A stretch of DNA of 63,989 nt, filler included, from Barthelona sp. PAP020 (taxonomy: Eukaryota), in the NCBI GenBank assembly GCA_040182905.1. It is 13 parts of 13 records of this genome, joined end to end, with 100 filler letters (N's around TTAATTAATTAA, not from the genome) between each part and the next. Parts side by side here need not be neighbours in the genome. Positions count along the whole stretch, not along the records: positions 20,728 to 25,763 come from JARQWU010000631.1; positions 25,864 to 30,883 come from JARQWU010000632.1; 11 more parts are not named here. One strand, 5' to 3'. Below are positions 22,130 to 30,983 of this stretch, in pieces. A program made the translations under genes and the position numbers. Position 1 is the first letter of the stretch; every line of letters starts with the position of its first letter. Below the pieces are notes generated by a model, which saw only the letters and a program-made list of their open reading frames with translations, had not been told where the DNA came from and ran no database searches.

Positions 22130-22486
22130 TTATTTGAATAAATTGCCATTTTCCCAGTTACCGTCATAACGAGCTTGACGAATAACATTAACAGTTTGAC
22201 AAAGGGCACAAGGGGCACAACACCAAACAGCCAAAAGATCACCTAAATCATTTTCAGCCATACCAAGATTCTTACGGTATTTCTTTCTAAGACTGTAAAC
22301 CATCATTGGCAAAGTAGCAGTATAAGCTTCAGTCATAACGCAGCATTCAAGAAGATCGGCGTTTTCAGTTCTGTTGTCAGATTCAATAACAGCACGATAA
22401 ACTGAATATCCTGGGAGGGTACAGGCTACAACCAAAACCTCAATAGAATGAGTACAGTTGAACAAACCAATTGGGAAGTCACTCAT
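22130..22486 (-). CDS. PLAC8 family cysteine-rich protein
   Basis: GLFNC...AC..P, R...R...G....DLLAVWCCAPCALCQ. Confidence 0.85.
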   Translation of the reverse strand: MSDFPIGLFNCTHSIEVLVVACTLPGYSVYRAVIESDNRTENADLLECCVMTEAYTATLPMMVYSLRKKYRKNLGMAENDLGDLLAVWCCAPCALCQTVNVIRQARYDGNWENGNLFK

Positions 22487-22604
22487 ATTAAAAAAAAATT
22501 AATATGTCTCAAAAATATTAAAATTTTACTTTTTTTGTTCAATTTTATTCAATATTTTTTTATTTAAAGTACTGTTTCTTCTGTGAATTATACTAATAAT
22601 TAGA

Positions 22605-22937
22605 ATGCCAAACGGTTTACCTGAAGACCCTTTTGTTGAAGAACATTTATTTGGATGTATGAAAGATATTCAATCTTGTTTGATTGGTATGTGTTTTCCT
22701 AATTTTCTCATTGCAAAAACTACTGCTACTGTGAACGGTGATGCTACTTGCAGTATTTGTGATTGTCTTTGTTCTGCCGGAAATGTTGCCACCCTTGCCA
22801 ATCGTATGACTCTTAAATCCAGAATGCATGCTGAAATTGATTTTCTTCAAGAAGCTATTATGGCTTTTGGTGTTTGTTCTCCTTGTGCCACCTGTCAAAC
22901 TTATAGAGTTGCCCAAAAAGTCTGCACAGTTAATTGA
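22605..22937 (+). CDS. PLAC8 family cysteine-rich protein
   Basis: LFGCMKDIQSCLIGMCFP...CSPCATCQTYR. Confidence 0.85.
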   Translation: MPNGLPEDPFVEEHLFGCMKDIQSCLIGMCFPNFLIAKTTATVNGDATCSICDCLCSAGNVATLANRMTLKSRMHAEIDFLQEAIMAFGVCSPCATCQTYRVAQKVCTVN

Positions 22938-23020
22938 TTGATGTTGTATAAAATGTGCTTGTTTAAGCTTTTTTTCTTTTCAAATAACAAACCGAAAATA
23001 ATTATTTATGTGGAAAAGAT

Positions 23021-24733
23021 TTATCTCCAATCGTGATCTTTAAGTCTACGTTTACCTGAATATAGATGTTTAGGCATAAAGTTAACATTCATCTTTTCTT
23101 GTGCTGCCAAAATTCTTTGATGAGCTCTGACATTCTTTTGTTTTTTCAATTCTTTGTGATATTTTTGCCCTTGCTCATTATTACTATCTGTTATTCTCTT
23201 TGGAATAACAACACCAATCTCTTCATCATCCATTAAAGCTAAATCAGTTCTAGCTCTTTGGGCATCAATTTCAAATCTAGCTGATTTATTTTTGACTACT
23301 GTTTCTTGTTCCCTGTGAGGGTCATGTTTTGGTGGTCTTTCTATTTCAGAACGGTCGACAGTCAATTCTCGTTCTTGTTCCTGATTTTCCAAAGCATTCA
23401 TTTTCTCATTAATCTCTCTGTCCACAAAATCAGCAACATTTTTACCATTGTATATTTCTGGAATAGGATCATTAGTCCATTCTTCATCTTCTAAATAATA
23501 TTTTCTATCTGGAGCATAACTTCCAGCACCACCAGACAACCTTTGTAAATCCTTGGCATATACTTCAATTGGATTTTCAATCAAAGAGGGATCTTGAACT
23601 GTATCTGGCAAGAAAATAACTGGCTCCCAATCTCCATCAGGAATAGCGGTAAACATTCTTTTTTGCACATCAAGGAATGACTTAGTTCCCGCATGATTAG
23701 CAACTGAATGTTCAATTAATTTTTGACATGCAATTTCTTTCACAGCCATCACGCCTTCTTTCGTCAAAGTACTGGCAGGTTGAATAAAAGTGTTTGGCAA
23801 AAGATCCACACATTCATCAATCATTGCCTTTTCTTCATCACTAAGATCATCAGGATTTCTAATATCAGTTTTATTCAATAAAAACACAACAGGCTTGTTT
23901 CTAAAAACTGGAAGCAATTCCTTGAACAACTGACATTGACTTTCAATGGTTTCACCACATGTTTCAGAAATATCAATAAAGAAAACAGCACAAGCTTCCA
24001 AATGTGCCAATGCAGCTAATGCTTGCATTTCTATTGTATTTCTTTGATCCAAATCTCTTAATAATAAACCAGGAGTATCAATAACTTGATATTTGATTAA
24101 ATTATAATCACAATGACCAACTTGCAAAGCCTTAGTTGTAAAAGCCACATCCATAACCTCAACATCAGCATGTGTCAAAACATTAATGCAAGAAGATTTT
24201 CCAACATTAGGCATACCGCATAAAATAATTGTTGAAGAATCAGTATCAATTTGAGGCAAACGTCCAATGTCAGCACGAACCCTCTCAAGATATGCAAGAC
24301 TATCCTTTTGTCTTCTCATGGCAGAACGCATTCTACCAAGAGCAGCAATTTTTAAACGCTTGCATCTGTATGCAGATGAAGCATGATTTAACATGGCACA
24401 GCTTTCTTTGGCAATTTTATCAATTATTCCCCTTACAATAGTAATTTGTCCCAAAGCAATTTTGTAGTGAGAACGATTGTATCTAACGTTCATCAAAAAT
24501 GAATAAAATGGATGAATTTCATCAATTTGAGGAAAATCATCCAAAATTCGTGTGAACTTATCATGAAATAATTGGGAGGCATATTTCACTTTTGTTGTGT
24601 AAAACTTTCGTATTTGAGAGAGTTGTTGGTTTTTGTGAATAACGGTTGCAGTTTTTCTTTGGACAGAATTAAAGACTATATCAACTAATTCATCTGCACC
24701 AGGCACTTTTTGGATGTTTTTAAAATTATACAT
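23021..24733 (-). CDS. NOG1: Nucleolar GTP-binding protein 1
   Basis: MYNFKNI, GMPNVGKSS, AFTTK, DTPG, NKTD, IPEIYNGKNVADFVD and C-terminal PKHLYSGKR...DWR. Confidence 0.97.
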   Translation of the reverse strand: MYNFKNIQKVPGADELVDIVFNSVQRKTATVIHKNQQLSQIRKFYTTKVKYASQLFHDKFTRILDDFPQIDEIHPFYSFLMNVRYNRSHYKIALGQITIVRGIIDKIAKESCAMLNHASSAYRCKRLKIAALGRMRSAMRRQKDSLAYLERVRADIGRLPQIDTDSSTIILCGMPNVGKSSCINVLTHADVEVMDVAFTTKALQVGHCDYNLIKYQVIDTPGLLLRDLDQRNTIEMQALAALAHLEACAVFFIDISETCGETIESQCQLFKELLPVFRNKPVVFLLNKTDIRNPDDLSDEEKAMIDECVDLLPNTFIQPASTLTKEGVMAVKEIACQKLIEHSVANHAGTKSFLDVQKRMFTAIPDGDWEPVIFLPDTVQDPSLIENPIEVYAKDLQRLSGGAGSYAPDRKYYLEDEEWTNDPIPEIYNGKNVADFVDREINEKMNALENQEQERELTVDRSEIERPPKHDPHREQETVVKNKSARFEIDAQRARTDLALMDDEEIGVVIPKRITDSNNEQGQKYHKELKKQKNVRAHQRILAAQEKMNVNFMPKHLYSGKRRLKDHDWR

Positions 24734-24970
24734 CCTAATTTGTTAAAAAAAAATTGTTTTTGGAAAGATGAAATTTTCTTTGTGTTCATTTTATTGCAAC
24801 ATTGCATTGATTCTTCTGTTCAACTTTGTATTCCTATGACAAACAAATTGAAACAATTATCTGAAGACAATTCACTTTTTTCATCAAGTTTCTATAAAGT
24901 TATTTGTTTTAAACATTGCAGAATTTTATTTTCAAAAGAGAAAAATGGAAATTTGACTTTTCTTTTTGTT

Positions 24971-25738
24971 ATGTTATTGTTTGAATATCGACTCATTCTT
25001 CCGTTTGAGCTTGAGGAATATAGAAGAGGGCAACTTTATATGGTGATGAAAGCCTCTCAACAGGAATCTGATGGTACGGAAGGAATTGAGGTTGTAATTA
25101 ATGAGCCTCGAGTTATCGATGGGGTTTCAGGACAGTATACTTTCAAAATTTTTCATTTGAGAGACAAGATACCAGCTTTTATTCGTGTCTTTTTACCTAA
25201 TAGTGCACAATCTGTTGAAGAAACTTCCTTTAATGCATATCCTTATGTGAAAACAACATATTACTCCCCATTTTTGGAAGGCAAATTTATTTTGGAAGTA
25301 ATTTCGAATCATATTCAAGATAATGGGCATACTGAAAACGCTTTGAATCTTTCTGTAGATGATTTAAATGTAAGAAGAGTTGAAAGAATGGATATTGTAA
25401 CTGGTGATTGGAATGAATATGATGAAAAAATTGATCCAAAAAAATACTTCTCTGAAAAGAGTGGTCGTGGAAATTTTGGAGACAATTGGACGGAAACCAC
25501 AGAACCCATAATGTGTGCTTATAAAATTGTTAGATTTGGTGTAAATATTCCCCTTGTCGGAGGAAAAATTGAAAGCTTTGTTCAAAACAAAATGAAATCG
25601 ACTTTTTTACAATACCACCGACAACTATTTTGTACCACTGATGATTGGTTTGATCTTTCGATGGAAAACATCAGGGATTTGGAAAAGGAAACACAAGAAT
25701 ATCTGAGTAATTTGATGCATCAAAATGATGATGTATAA
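24971..25738 (+). CDS. PITP: Phosphatidylinositol transfer protein (START-like PITP)
   Basis: MLLFEYRLILP..LEEYRRGQLY, GQYT.KIFHL, NAYPY.KT, MCAYK, HRQLFC..D.W..LSMENIR. Start at the ATG at 24971. Confidence 0.95.
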   Translation: MLLFEYRLILPFELEEYRRGQLYMVMKASQQESDGTEGIEVVINEPRVIDGVSGQYTFKIFHLRDKIPAFIRVFLPNSAQSVEETSFNAYPYVKTTYYSPFLEGKFILEVISNHIQDNGHTENALNLSVDDLNVRRVERMDIVTGDWNEYDEKIDPKKYFSEKSGRGNFGDNWTETTEPIMCAYKIVRFGVNIPLVGGKIESFVQNKMKSTFLQYHRQLFCTTDDWFDLSMENIRDLEKETQEYLSNLMHQNDDV

Positions 25739-25863
25739 GAATAGTTGAATTTCAGTGGTTTTTNNNNNNNNNNNNNNNNNNNNNNNNNNNNNNNNNNNNN
25801 NNNNNNNTTAATTAATTAANNNNNNNNNNNNNNNNNNNNNNNNNNNNNNNNNNNNNNNNNNNN

Positions 25864-26000
25864 AATAGGAACCTGTGCTGAGTGAAGTTTATTTGGTTAG
25901 GAACAATGGGCCTCGAAAGCCTTTAACCAAATAAACACTATTCTTTTTTATTCACTCATACGCACAGTGCTTCTTGGAATGGAAATAAAAAAGGCTATAT
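25864..26000. repeat. Palindromic copy of the dispersed repeat: inverted module-B arms around a GGGCCTCGAAAGCC core
   Basis: CTGTGC-TGAGTGAA-GTTTATTTGGTTA (25873-25899) pairs with TAACCAAATAAAC...TTCACTCA.TAC.GCACAG (25924-25967). Confidence 0.85.
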
Positions 26001-26113
26001 TCATTATTTATTATTTTATTTTATTTTTATTTATTTATTTTTTTGATTCAATTTTTTCTAAATTAACATATTTCCTCACAGTTTTATGAGTTTGTGTTGA
26101 TTAAAATTGTGAT

Positions 26114-26923
26114 TTATTGAACCTTTTCTTTTTCTCGAATGTCTTCCCATGAATGATCTACTAATTTCTTTTTCACAATTTTTAACATCAAAAAAAACCA
26201 AAAATTATGAAGTACAAACAAAATAATGAGTGGAAACCACCCCAAACTCAATGAAACCTTTGTCCATTTTCCTGCCAATTCATTCAATTCATATACTTTA
26301 TAAATACTCCATGGAAATACAACTAAACGTAACAAGAAAAACGAAAGAATACAACCAATAAAAGTTATTGTGGAACTCTTTTCTTTATTTAAATAGTTAA
26401 AGTGCTTTGATAAATGTAAGAAGACATCCACAAAATCATGTAAAAAAAGGACAAATAACCCATAATGCATGTGATGAGTGGTGTAAAAGGTATTTAAAAT
26501 TAAACAGACTGTTGCAAAATGATGTATGAAATATTGATAGTAATCTGTTCTTTTGAAATTGAAAGAAAGAAAGATTAACTCTGTTAAATAATATGTTATG
26601 CCTATTAGTGAACCAGTTTTACAATTTATATGATTTAAAGGGTGATATTTAAACCATGCAGACGATGGAAAAATATACCCTTTTCCAAAATAAATGTCAA
26701 TACCAGTAGCAAATATGTACCAAACCAAATTGTAGAAGTTTTGAATAAATTTTGTCTGAATTTTAGTTTCAACGTTAAGGTATTCACATAATATAGGTCC
26801 AATAATTTTTATCACTACCAATCTTATTAGTGTTAAAATTGAGCAAAAAATAACGATGGTAAAAATATCCATTATTCCATTATTGCAAACATCATTATTG
26901 CAATAGAATATTTTAAAGAACAT
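26114..26923 (-). CDS. Ceramide synthase (Lag1/TLC domain)
   Basis: Lag1p motif R.DY.....HHF.T..L.........G..VL.LHD..D..L...K..NY; C-terminal DIRE. The start may be 26872. Confidence 0.9.
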   Translation of the reverse strand: MFFKIFYCNNDVCNNGIMDIFTIVIFCSILTLIRLVVIKIIGPILCEYLNVETKIQTKFIQNFYNLVWYIFATGIDIYFGKGYIFPSSAWFKYHPLNHINCKTGSLIGITYYLTELIFLSFNFKRTDYYQYFIHHFATVCLILNTFYTTHHMHYGLFVLFLHDFVDVFLHLSKHFNYLNKEKSSTITFIGCILSFFLLRLVVFPWSIYKVYELNELAGKWTKVSLSLGWFPLIILFVLHNFWFFLMLKIVKKKLVDHSWEDIREKEKVQ

Positions 26924-27224
26924 GTTAATGATTTAGTCAAGCTTTTACTAACGTTGGTAAATGTCTTTTCAAAACATATTAATTATCAAATTTATTTCCA
27001 TAACTTGCATTTAAAATTGTTCTTCAAAGTTGATATTTTTAAGATTGGGACCCAATCTATAATAGTTAAAAAACATCAAAGAAAAAATAAAAATTGGTCA
27101 TTGAATTTATTATTGAACTGAAAATCAACACTAACACACAATAGACATGAAACCATCAAAAGATAACCACAAAGTTGAAAAATTCTTAGGGAACAGGTCA
27201 AACAGCACTTCAAAAAAAAAAAAT

Positions 27225-27625
27225 GAGGGTAGTTCATGGGCCCATTATTTTTGGCGAATCGAAATTTTCCGATTCTTCCTTTTTCCCTCGACGTACGGAA
27301 CTTTTCCTTAACCTACCCCCAAATCTTTGACCTGCCACGGTGAATGCATGAAAACTTGCACAATTAGGATAAATTTTTAAAAATATCGGAGCGTTAAGCT
27401 CTTTTGAGCAATTAGTAATGCAGTATTTCACACCCTGCATAAGGCGTAGCTCTCCTACGAAAGCCTATGAAAGAGTAGGTCTCAAAAAAGAGAGGTTCCT
27501 TTCAGGAACGCTGGACCCCCCGAAAAGAATAAAGATCAAGGTTTATTATTTATAGGTCAACTGAGTTTTCTCAGTCTCTAATTTGGGAAAGTCCTGCAAA
27601 AGGTTCATACAAGAAGAAAAATAAA
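27225..27625 (-). ncRNA. Candidate ~400-nt structured non-coding RNA of unassigned family
   Basis: GC-enriched intergenic island with nested long-range helices and many hairpins. Mismatches resolve as G-U pairs only on the minus strand, which ends at a 12-T run (A27212-27223). Confidence 0.6.
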
Positions 27626-27700
27626 ACAAAACAAGGATTTCATCAAAAAATCCTCTTTTAGAACAGAATAGAAATTTATTTGGACAAAAATGACACTTTA

Positions 27701-28414
27701 TCACAATTCAAAAAAATAACCCATTGTTAATGCTGTAATACAAATTGATAAGTTATCAAATGCACCTTTGGAGAAAGATTCAACAATAGCTGAAAAGAAT
27801 GCAATTAATTCAATAATAAAGAATAAATTCTTGCTGTACCTTGAAATAGAGAATGAAAAACCAACAGAAATCAAAAAAATGGATAAAATGTTTGCAAATA
27901 AAGAGCCAAAAATAAAAAATCCAAAAGTCCCTCCGAAAGTTTTTGTTTTTGAATAAGGCAATTTTTTTTTGCTTTTTCTACCAACGATTTCAGCAAATCC
28001 ATCACCTCCACATAAAATTGCAGAAGCTATAGCTCCAAATAAACGATTACAACTTAAAAACAACAATAAGGCATGAAAAATTCCATAAATAAAAGGTCCT
28101 TTTATTAAATCTTGAGCATCATCATCACGTGTCATTAAATTCACCATATGTTTGAATTTGACTATATTAAGATGTGATAGTAATAATAACATTGAAGAAA
28201 AAGCTGGAATAAATGACCATAAAATTTTTGATTTCAAAGAATAATCAGGTAATAAAGCCCAACTATAGCAAAATATACTTCCTGTTAAAATATGAGAACA
28301 TTTTCTCGCAATACAATTTGAAATAATATTTAGACTTTTCAAAGCAGAAACAAATATTAAAATTAATGTAAATGTTGTTAAAAAGATAAAGAATCCCGAG
28401 TAATCATATTTCAT
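27701..28414 (-). CDS. Phytol/farnesol/dolichol kinase-like CTP-dependent membrane kinase
   Basis: ARKCSHILTG, KGPFIYG, LCGGDGFAEIVGR, KTFGGT, FDNL. Confidence 0.85.
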   Translation of the reverse strand: MKYDYSGFFIFLTTFTLILIFVSALKSLNIISNCIARKCSHILTGSIFCYSWALLPDYSLKSKILWSFIPAFSSMLLLLSHLNIVKFKHMVNLMTRDDDAQDLIKGPFIYGIFHALLLFLSCNRLFGAIASAILCGGDGFAEIVGRKSKKKLPYSKTKTFGGTFGFFIFGSLFANILSIFLISVGFSFSISRYSKNLFFIIELIAFFSAIVESFSKGAFDNLSICITALTMGYFFEL

Positions 28415-28716
28415 TGGCAAAAAAAAATTGAGAGACTAACTCAATCAAAAAATAGAATTTTGATTCCAAGTGTCACAATTTTTTTTTTCTCAAAAAGAGA
28501 ACCATGGTTTAATATTCAAAACAATAAAAAAAGTTAAAAGCAAAGATTTTTGTGACTGGATTAGTTGCTTTTTTTGATCTGTTTGGAAACTCAAAAAAAA
28601 AACAATGTGAAGACAAAGGGGTTTGAGTTCAGCTGTTTCTTTAACCTTTTTTATCATTTTGTTGTCAAAAGTTCAATTGGAAATCATACACACAATAAAA
28701 ATAAAACTAATTAACT

Positions 28717-29550
28717 TTACATTTGCATGAAACTATCATCCATTAACTCGTCATTAATAGGAACAAAGTCAAGATTTTGAACTTGGGAACTGTGAGATAA
28801 AGAACTCTGAATAGTTCTATCTGAAAAAGGAGTGCTACTTGATGAATAGTCGGATTCAACCTTGGTATTGTCTAAAGAAGGAAATCGCTTTTGAAATGCA
28901 TTTAGCAATCTTTGAGCTTGAAATTTTGCAAATTTCAATCTCACAACAGTCTGTAACTGCTGATATCTTGTGTTTAAAGTTGATGGGTCTAAGCAAACAA
29001 ATTCATGAGGATTCGCTTTTAACAAGTTTTGTAAATAGCACTCCTCTATGCTGGCATTATATGCTGGATTATCAGAATTGATTGGATTGTCAAAATTCAT
29101 TATTGTCTCATTATTTTGAGGAAAAAAAGTTGAGTTTTCATTGTTATATTGCTGAGAAGGATAATTTTGATTTTGATTCTGTTGATTCTGACTTTGATTT
29201 GAAAAAGAATCTTGCCATGACGGAAATTGAGAAATTTTGGGAAAATTTTCAAATTTTTGAGGCTGAGGTGACGTTAAACCGCTATCAAAATTAAAAGACA
29301 TTGCTCTTGCAATGGGAATAGGTTCAAAATAGGTTGATTTTGTTAACATTTCTTGAGAAACCGGTGGAGGCGAAATGACCATAGAATTGTCATTTTCATC
29401 ATTTGTATTCATATTCATATTATTCACATTGTTAATATCATTCATACTTTCGTCATTTTGATTATTTTGTTCATTTTGATTGGTTATTGATGGAAGATAA
29501 TACATTCCATAACCTTGATACCCTGCAAAATTACCTTTTGGTAACACCAT
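28717..29550 (-). CDS. Hypothetical N/Q-rich low-complexity protein
   Basis: 277-aa ATG-initiated ORF; no family recognised. Confidence 0.6.
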   Translation of the reverse strand: MVLPKGNFAGYQGYGMYYLPSITNQNEQNNQNDESMNDINNVNNMNMNTNDENDNSMVISPPPVSQEMLTKSTYFEPIPIARAMSFNFDSGLTSPQPQKFENFPKISQFPSWQDSFSNQSQNQQNQNQNYPSQQYNNENSTFFPQNNETIMNFDNPINSDNPAYNASIEECYLQNLLKANPHEFVCLDPSTLNTRYQQLQTVVRLKFAKFQAQRLLNAFQKRFPSLDNTKVESDYSSSSTPFSDRTIQSSLSHSSQVQNLDFVPINDELMDDSFMQM

Positions 29551-29896
29551 TGAAATTCAATTGTAAAGCAATTCTAAAGGATAATAAAAACTACTAACAT
29601 AAACTGTTAACTGTTAATGATTTTGTTTCTGGAAATTACATCAAATCAACAATAAATCACACAACATTTTTTGATGTGATTGATTTCTTTTTACATTTCT
29701 TTTTGATAAATTCACAAATTTAAAGATATTAACACCAATTGAATTTGTTAAAGAAACAAACAAACAGCTAAATTGAAATTTTATTGGTTTACACCTTTTT
29801 TGGGTCTTCATGTTAACAAAAATAATAGCTAAAAATCTGATAAATATCAATACAATCAAAAACTGACAGATAATTTTAAAAAACTGAAATGAAAAA

Positions 29897-30883
29897 ATGT
29901 CAAATAATTTTTTGATGGCGGAACCTAATAGAATTGGTGAATGGTTACGAACTGCGAGTTTAGATCAATACTCAGACGAATTTTATTCTCAAAATGTGAC
30001 AGAGGATGATTTTTTGAAATTGAGGATGCAACAATATTCTAAGTATGGAATAGTTGTATTAGGTGAACGTAAACGGTTGTTTCAATTGATTCAAGTATTG
30101 TTTTTTTTGAAAAATATTTACTAACCATTTTTAGAGTCTAAGAAAAGAAGTAACACCTGAACCAAATATTGAACCCATAATCACAACCCCTCCAAAGACT
30201 GTTGATAGATTTGATCATGATAATGGCAATAAAAAAACAGAAAACAATTGGTTATATGAACCTGAATCAAAGAATGCTACTTTTGAAGAAGAATCTGATG
30301 CATATGATACTGTTGATGAAGAAGAAAAAGAGTATGATGATGTGGATTTGGAAATACCTGCTCAACTGCAACAGACATTGTCGATTTTACCACGCCCCCA
30401 CAAAGAAAGAATTCGCGTTGTTGTACGTAAACGTCCCCTATCATCGAAGGAAATGAATGAAGGACAAAAAGATATTGCAAATATGGAGAATGAACAAACT
30501 TGTGCTATTTATGAACCAAAAGTGAAAGTTGATTTATCAAAGTATATTGAACGCCACCGTTTTGTATTTGATGAGGTGTTTGATGAAAATGGGGATAATC
30601 AACGCATTTATGAACGTACAGCAAGACCTCTTGTTGCTAATGTATTTATGGGTGGAAGAGCCACATGTTTTGCATATGGTCAAACAGGAGCAGGTAAAAC
30701 ATACACTATGATGGGTGGCGGATCATCCCCAGGTCTTTATGTACTTGCTGCCAGAGATATTTTCCAACTAATTTCTTTTCCTCAATATGAGCACCTTGCT
30801 GTAAATGTTTCATTCTTTGAAATCTATGGAGGAAAGTTGTACGATCTTTTGAATGATCGCAAAAAGTTAACTGCTAGAGAGGA
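29897..30883 (+). CDS. Kinesin-13 with N-terminal SAM domain (KIF24-like); exons 29897-30094 and 30135->30883; 3' truncated
   Basis: SAM: EWL....LDQY...F.....GI..LGERKRLFQLI. A 40-nt intron joins it in frame to RIRVVVRKRP, KVKVDL (KVD finger) and FAYGQTGAGKT. Confidence 0.92.
30095..30134 (+). other. 40-nt spliceosomal intron
   Basis: GTATTG...TACTAAC CATTTTTAG; splicing fuses the SAM and motor ORFs in frame. Confidence 0.9.
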
Positions 30884-30983
30884 NNNNNNNNNNNNNNNNN
30901 NNNNNNNNNNNNNNNNNNNNNNNNNNNTTAATTAATTAANNNNNNNNNNNNNNNNNNNNNNNNNNNNNNNNNNNNNNNNNNNN

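Noticed and set aside
27285..27320. ACGTACGG...CCTACCCC resembling a group II intron domain V/VI end
   Set aside because: The 5' arm of domain V with the catalytic triad is absent, and G-U pairing favours the opposite strand.
27234..27440. 68-aa minus-strand ORF in the structured island
   Set aside because: No recognisable motifs; the base-pairing pattern explains the region better.
27530..27560. AAGATCAAG resembling U2 snRNA
   Set aside because: It is not followed by the branch-point-recognition GTAGTA sequence.
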